A program made the translations under genes and the position numbers. From contig JALSNJ010000040.1 of NCBI GenBank assembly GCA_026987025.1, positions 166,713-230,712 on the forward strand: DNA of 64,000 nucleotides, read 5' to 3'. The DNA comes from Candidatus Aminicenantes bacterium (GTDB taxonomy: Bacteria; Acidobacteriota; Aminicenantia; S016-38). The notes under the pieces were generated by a model. The model was not told the DNA's origin and ran no database searches. It saw only the letters and a list, made by a program, of their open reading frames with translations. Position 1 is the first letter of the stretch, and the number at the start of each line of letters is the position of its first letter. This document shows, in pieces, positions 60,995 through 64,000 of this stretch.

Positions 60995-62472
60995 AGGTTA
61001 TGATTTTCGTTCCCCCCGGGGGGTATTTCGCCGAGAGGTGGTCCAGGGGTCCCTTCATGCCTCCCTTAGGGATAATATACATAGGGACTGTGCTAAAGAA
61101 CCACGGGGTGGATGTGGAGCTGGTTCCTGCGGAACTTTACAACCTCAGCTGGAGGGAGATCGCCAGGAAAATAGAGACGGAAAAGCCGGATGTGGTGGGG
61201 GTCACCTCCACCACCGAAAACAGGTTCCAGGCCTTCAAACTGTTGAAAATAGCCAAGAAAGCCAGACCCCAGGTCTGGACGGTTTTCGGAGGGCCCCACG
61301 CCTCCATGGCCGCCAGGGATACCCTAAAGCACCTTCCCTATGTGGATATAGTGGTGAGGAACGAAGGGGAGATTACCACCCTGGAGTTGGTGCAGGCCCT
61401 TCAGCAGTCTGACCCCTATAAAAACCTTGAAAAGGTGCTGGGAATATCCTTCAGAACTCCCGAGGGCATGGTGGTGGAAAACCCCAAAAGGCCCTACATA
61501 AAACCCTTAGACCTGCTTCCCATCCCGGACAGGGAGTTAATACATTTCAGGGATTACGGTTTTTCCATGGAGATTCCGGGAAAGGGCAGGGTCCCTGCCC
61601 TGAACATGATGACCTCCCGGGGCTGCCCCTTCAACTGCAATTTCTGCGCCACCCCGGTTAACTGGGGAAGGGCCGTCAGGATGCACTCGGTGGAAAGGGT
61701 TATTCAAGAGATAGAGTTGGGGATGAAGGAATACGGCATAAAGGCCGTGTGGTTTTACGACGATACCTTTGATGCCAATCCTAAAAGGCTGGAAAGGCTT
61801 TGCGACATATTCATAGAGAGAAAATACAACATAAACTGGTATGCGGAGGTCAGGGTTGACATATTGACCAAGCCCCTTCTTGAAAAGATGGTCCGCTCCG
61901 GGCTCTACTACCTCTCCTTCGGGGTGGAGGCAGGCTCGGAGAGGGTAAGGAAGGAGATTATAAGAAAAAATGTGGACATTGAGCAGGTCAGGAGAACGAT
62001 TAAATGGGCCAGGGAGCTGGGAATTACCCCCAATCCCTTCTTCATATTTTCCCATCCTACGGAAACCTGGGAGGAGGCCCGCCAGACCATAAGTTTGATA
62101 GAGGAATTCAGCCAGGATTGTGACATATCCGTATCCATCCTCCACATATACCCCGGCACCGACCTTGAGAGGACGGCCAAGCAGCTGGGGGTTTTGCCCC
62201 GGGATTTCACCTGGACCCGGAAGAGGGACCCCAGGATAATTACCCTCCCGGCGGCCCAGGGGGATGTTCCACTTTTCAAGCACCTGCTTACCTGGGCGCA
62301 GATCAGCGAGCTGGTTTTCCGCTGGAACCTGGCCCAGAGGAAGGTTTCCGTATGGAGAAAAGCCCTGCAGGCCCTGAAGAACCTCAGGAGCTGGAGGGAC
62401 ATTCCCCGATATGCGGTCATGCTCTATGTTTACCTGAAGCTCAAGATTAAAAAAGCTCTGGGAAAACTGTGA
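60991..62472 (+). CDS. B12-binding radical SAM protein
   Basis: N-terminal cobalamin-binding Rossmann-like domain (PPLGIIYIGTVLKNHGVDVELV…VVGVTSTT). TSRGCPFNCNFCATP CxxxCxxC cluster. SPASM-less C-terminus. Confidence 0.8.
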   Translation: MKVMIFVPPGGYFAERWSRGPFMPPLGIIYIGTVLKNHGVDVELVPAELYNLSWREIARKIETEKPDVVGVTSTTENRFQAFKLLKIAKKARPQVWTVFGGPHASMAARDTLKHLPYVDIVVRNEGEITTLELVQALQQSDPYKNLEKVLGISFRTPEGMVVENPKRPYIKPLDLLPIPDRELIHFRDYGFSMEIPGKGRVPALNMMTSRGCPFNCNFCATPVNWGRAVRMHSVERVIQEIELGMKEYGIKAVWFYDDTFDANPKRLERLCDIFIERKYNINWYAEVRVDILTKPLLEKMVRSGLYYLSFGVEAGSERVRKEIIRKNVDIEQVRRTIKWARELGITPNPFFIFSHPTETWEEARQTISLIEEFSQDCDISVSILHIYPGTDLERTAKQLGVLPRDFTWTRKRDPRIITLPAAQGDVPLFKHLLTWAQISELVFRWNLAQRKVSVWRKALQALKNLRSWRDIPRYAVMLYVYLKLKIKKALGKL

Positions 62473-63602
62473 TGGACCTTATTCTGGTGAGATACGGGGA
62501 AATAGCGCTGAAGGGAGCCAACAGGGCTAAATTTGAAAGAACCCTGGAGGAGAACATAAGGGCCTACCTTAAAAGGGAGGGCATTTCCTTTTCAGGGGTT
62601 TCCCGCAAAAGAAGCCGCATTTTTATATTTAACCCATCGTCAGTCCCTGACCTATCCGAGGTGCTGGGGGTGGTATCCTATTCTCCGGCCTGGGAATTTG
62701 CCAGCCTTGAGGAAGTGAAGGATTTCTTAAGATCACAGGAGGAGGTCTTCAAAAACGCTTCCTCCTTTAGAATAACTGCCTCCAGAGCCGACAAGAACTA
62801 TCCCCTGACCTCCCCGGAAATAGAGAGGGAACTGGGGGCCGTGGTTCACGGAACCTTTTCCACCCCGGTGGACCTTAAAAATCCCCAGGTCAATGTGGGG
62901 GTGGAATACATAGATGAGTTTTTCTACCTTTACTTTGAGAAGATTCCGGGCTGGGGAGGGCTCCCCGTGGGAAGCAGCGGCAAACTGGTGGTCCTTCTTT
63001 CCGGAGGGATAGATTCCCCGGTGGCCGCCTTTCTGATGATGAAGAGGGGGGCAGAGCTCATTCTCCTGCACTTTCGCAGGGAGCCCCTCACGGACAGGAT
63101 AGGGGAAATTCACGCCGCCCTCTCCCGGTTCTCCGCAGGCAGGGAACCGCAGCTGGTCATCATGGAGCTGGGAAGGGTAAAGAAGTTCTACGACATAATC
63201 AGGAGGAGGGACGAAACCCACAGGTACATGTGCGTTCTCTGCAAGCACATGATGCTCAGAACTGCGGAAAAACTTGCCTTTAAAAAGGGAGCCCTGGGAA
63301 TCGTTACCGGCGACAGCCTCGCCCAGGTGGCTTCCCAGACCCTGGAGAACTTAGCTGCCCAGCGCTACGGGCTTAAACTTCCTGTTTATTCCCCTCTTAT
63401 AGGCCTTGATAAAACCGAAATAGTTAACATAGCAAAAAAAATAGGAACCTACACCCCATCCATTGAGCACAGGGAAAAACCCTGTCCCATACACTCCCAT
63501 CCTGTCACTAAGGCCAGGATGGATAAATTTTTCCAGTTCTGGGATGAGGTGACGGAAAAACTGGGATATTTGCCCTGGGAGAAATTCTTCGGGAAAAAGT
63601 AA
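62469..63602 (+). CDS. thiI: tRNA 4-thiouridine(8) synthase ThiI
   Basis: THUMP-like N-terminus and PP-loop VLLSGGIDSPVAAFLMMKRGAE. Overlaps the rSAM gene (ATGA). Confidence 0.85.
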   Translation: MMDLILVRYGEIALKGANRAKFERTLEENIRAYLKREGISFSGVSRKRSRIFIFNPSSVPDLSEVLGVVSYSPAWEFASLEEVKDFLRSQEEVFKNASSFRITASRADKNYPLTSPEIERELGAVVHGTFSTPVDLKNPQVNVGVEYIDEFFYLYFEKIPGWGGLPVGSSGKLVVLLSGGIDSPVAAFLMMKRGAELILLHFRREPLTDRIGEIHAALSRFSAGREPQLVIMELGRVKKFYDIIRRRDETHRYMCVLCKHMMLRTAEKLAFKKGALGIVTGDSLAQVASQTLENLAAQRYGLKLPVYSPLIGLDKTEIVNIAKKIGTYTPSIEHREKPCPIHSHPVTKARMDKFFQFWDEVTEKLGYLPWEKFFGKK

Positions 63603-63613
63603 AAGGAGGAGAC

Positions 63614-64000
63614 ATGGCGAAATTTCCGAAAACCTTCTGGGCAGCTAACACCGTGGAGCTTTTTGAGAGGGCCGCCTATTACTCCGTGGCCTCCTTCGTG
63701 GTCATTTATTTCCACGAAGTTCTGGGAATGAGCCCCACCTTTTCCACCTTCCTGAACGGCACCATCCTGTGGGGGCTTATCTATTTTCTGCCTCCTTTAA
63801 GCGGAACCTTAGCGGACAGGTTCGGCTTTAAAAGATCCCTTTCCATAACCTTCATTCTTCTTTTCTTTGGGTATTTGACCGTGGGAACGGTTAAAAACTT
63901 TTGGCATGGCCCTGATTATGCCCTTCCGGTGGTAGCGGGGATAGTCCTCATCGGAATCGGAGGTTCCTTCGTCAAGCCGTGCATTTCCGGAACCGTCCAG
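63614..64000 (+). CDS. MFS transporter, POT/PTR2 (peptide transporter)-like, N-terminal fragment running off the window
   Basis: FWAANTVELFERAAYYSVASFVVIYF matches the POT signature (ELWERFSYYG), and TM helices follow. RBS AAGGAGG. Confidence 0.55.
   Translation, partial: MAKFPKTFWAANTVELFERAAYYSVASFVVIYFHEVLGMSPTFSTFLNGTILWGLIYFLPPLSGTLADRFGFKRSLSITFILLFFGYLTVGTVKNFWHGPDYALPVVAGIVLIGIGGSFVKPCISGTVQ

Overview
The window is a ~52% GC, gene-dense chromosomal segment whose codon usage is rich in AGG/AAG/GGG. Gene content points to a thermophilic bacterium of the Aquificae/Thermodesulfobacteria type: a short citrate-synthase-like (citryl-CoA-lyase-like) gene, a tricorn-like protease and a DhnA-type class I aldolase. 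Most of the window is housekeeping: uvrB, dinB, metK-ahcY, yceD-rpmF-plsX-fabH-fabG-acpP-fabF, lemA with an M48 peptidase, an SLT transglycosylase, ddl-ruvX-mltG-murA-HIT, tyrS, eno, a GltP-type symporter, fbaB, SurA-like PPIases, a B12-radical-SAM gene with thiI, and three tRNAs (Arg-CCT, Gly-CCC, initiator Met). There are two accessory-looking regions. The first (7.5-12.1 kb, minus strand) is an operon of an S9 peptidase, three uncharacterised secreted/outer-membrane proteins and an S8 subtilase. The second (45.4-57.7 kb, next to tRNA-Gly) is a cell-envelope/glycan cluster: a YfhO/GT-C-like membrane protein, a heparinase II/III-like protein, an O-antigen-ligase-like protein, an MBL-fold protein and a GT2 polyprenol-phosphate glycosyltransferase. 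It also contains the most striking feature, a single ORF (47498..48910, minus) whose ~0.95 kb core is ~30% GC and sits in-frame between ~60% GC flanks. No CRISPR array, IS element, integrase or obvious defence genes were recognised. All calls come from reading the six-frame translations and the DNA by eye; no searches were run.
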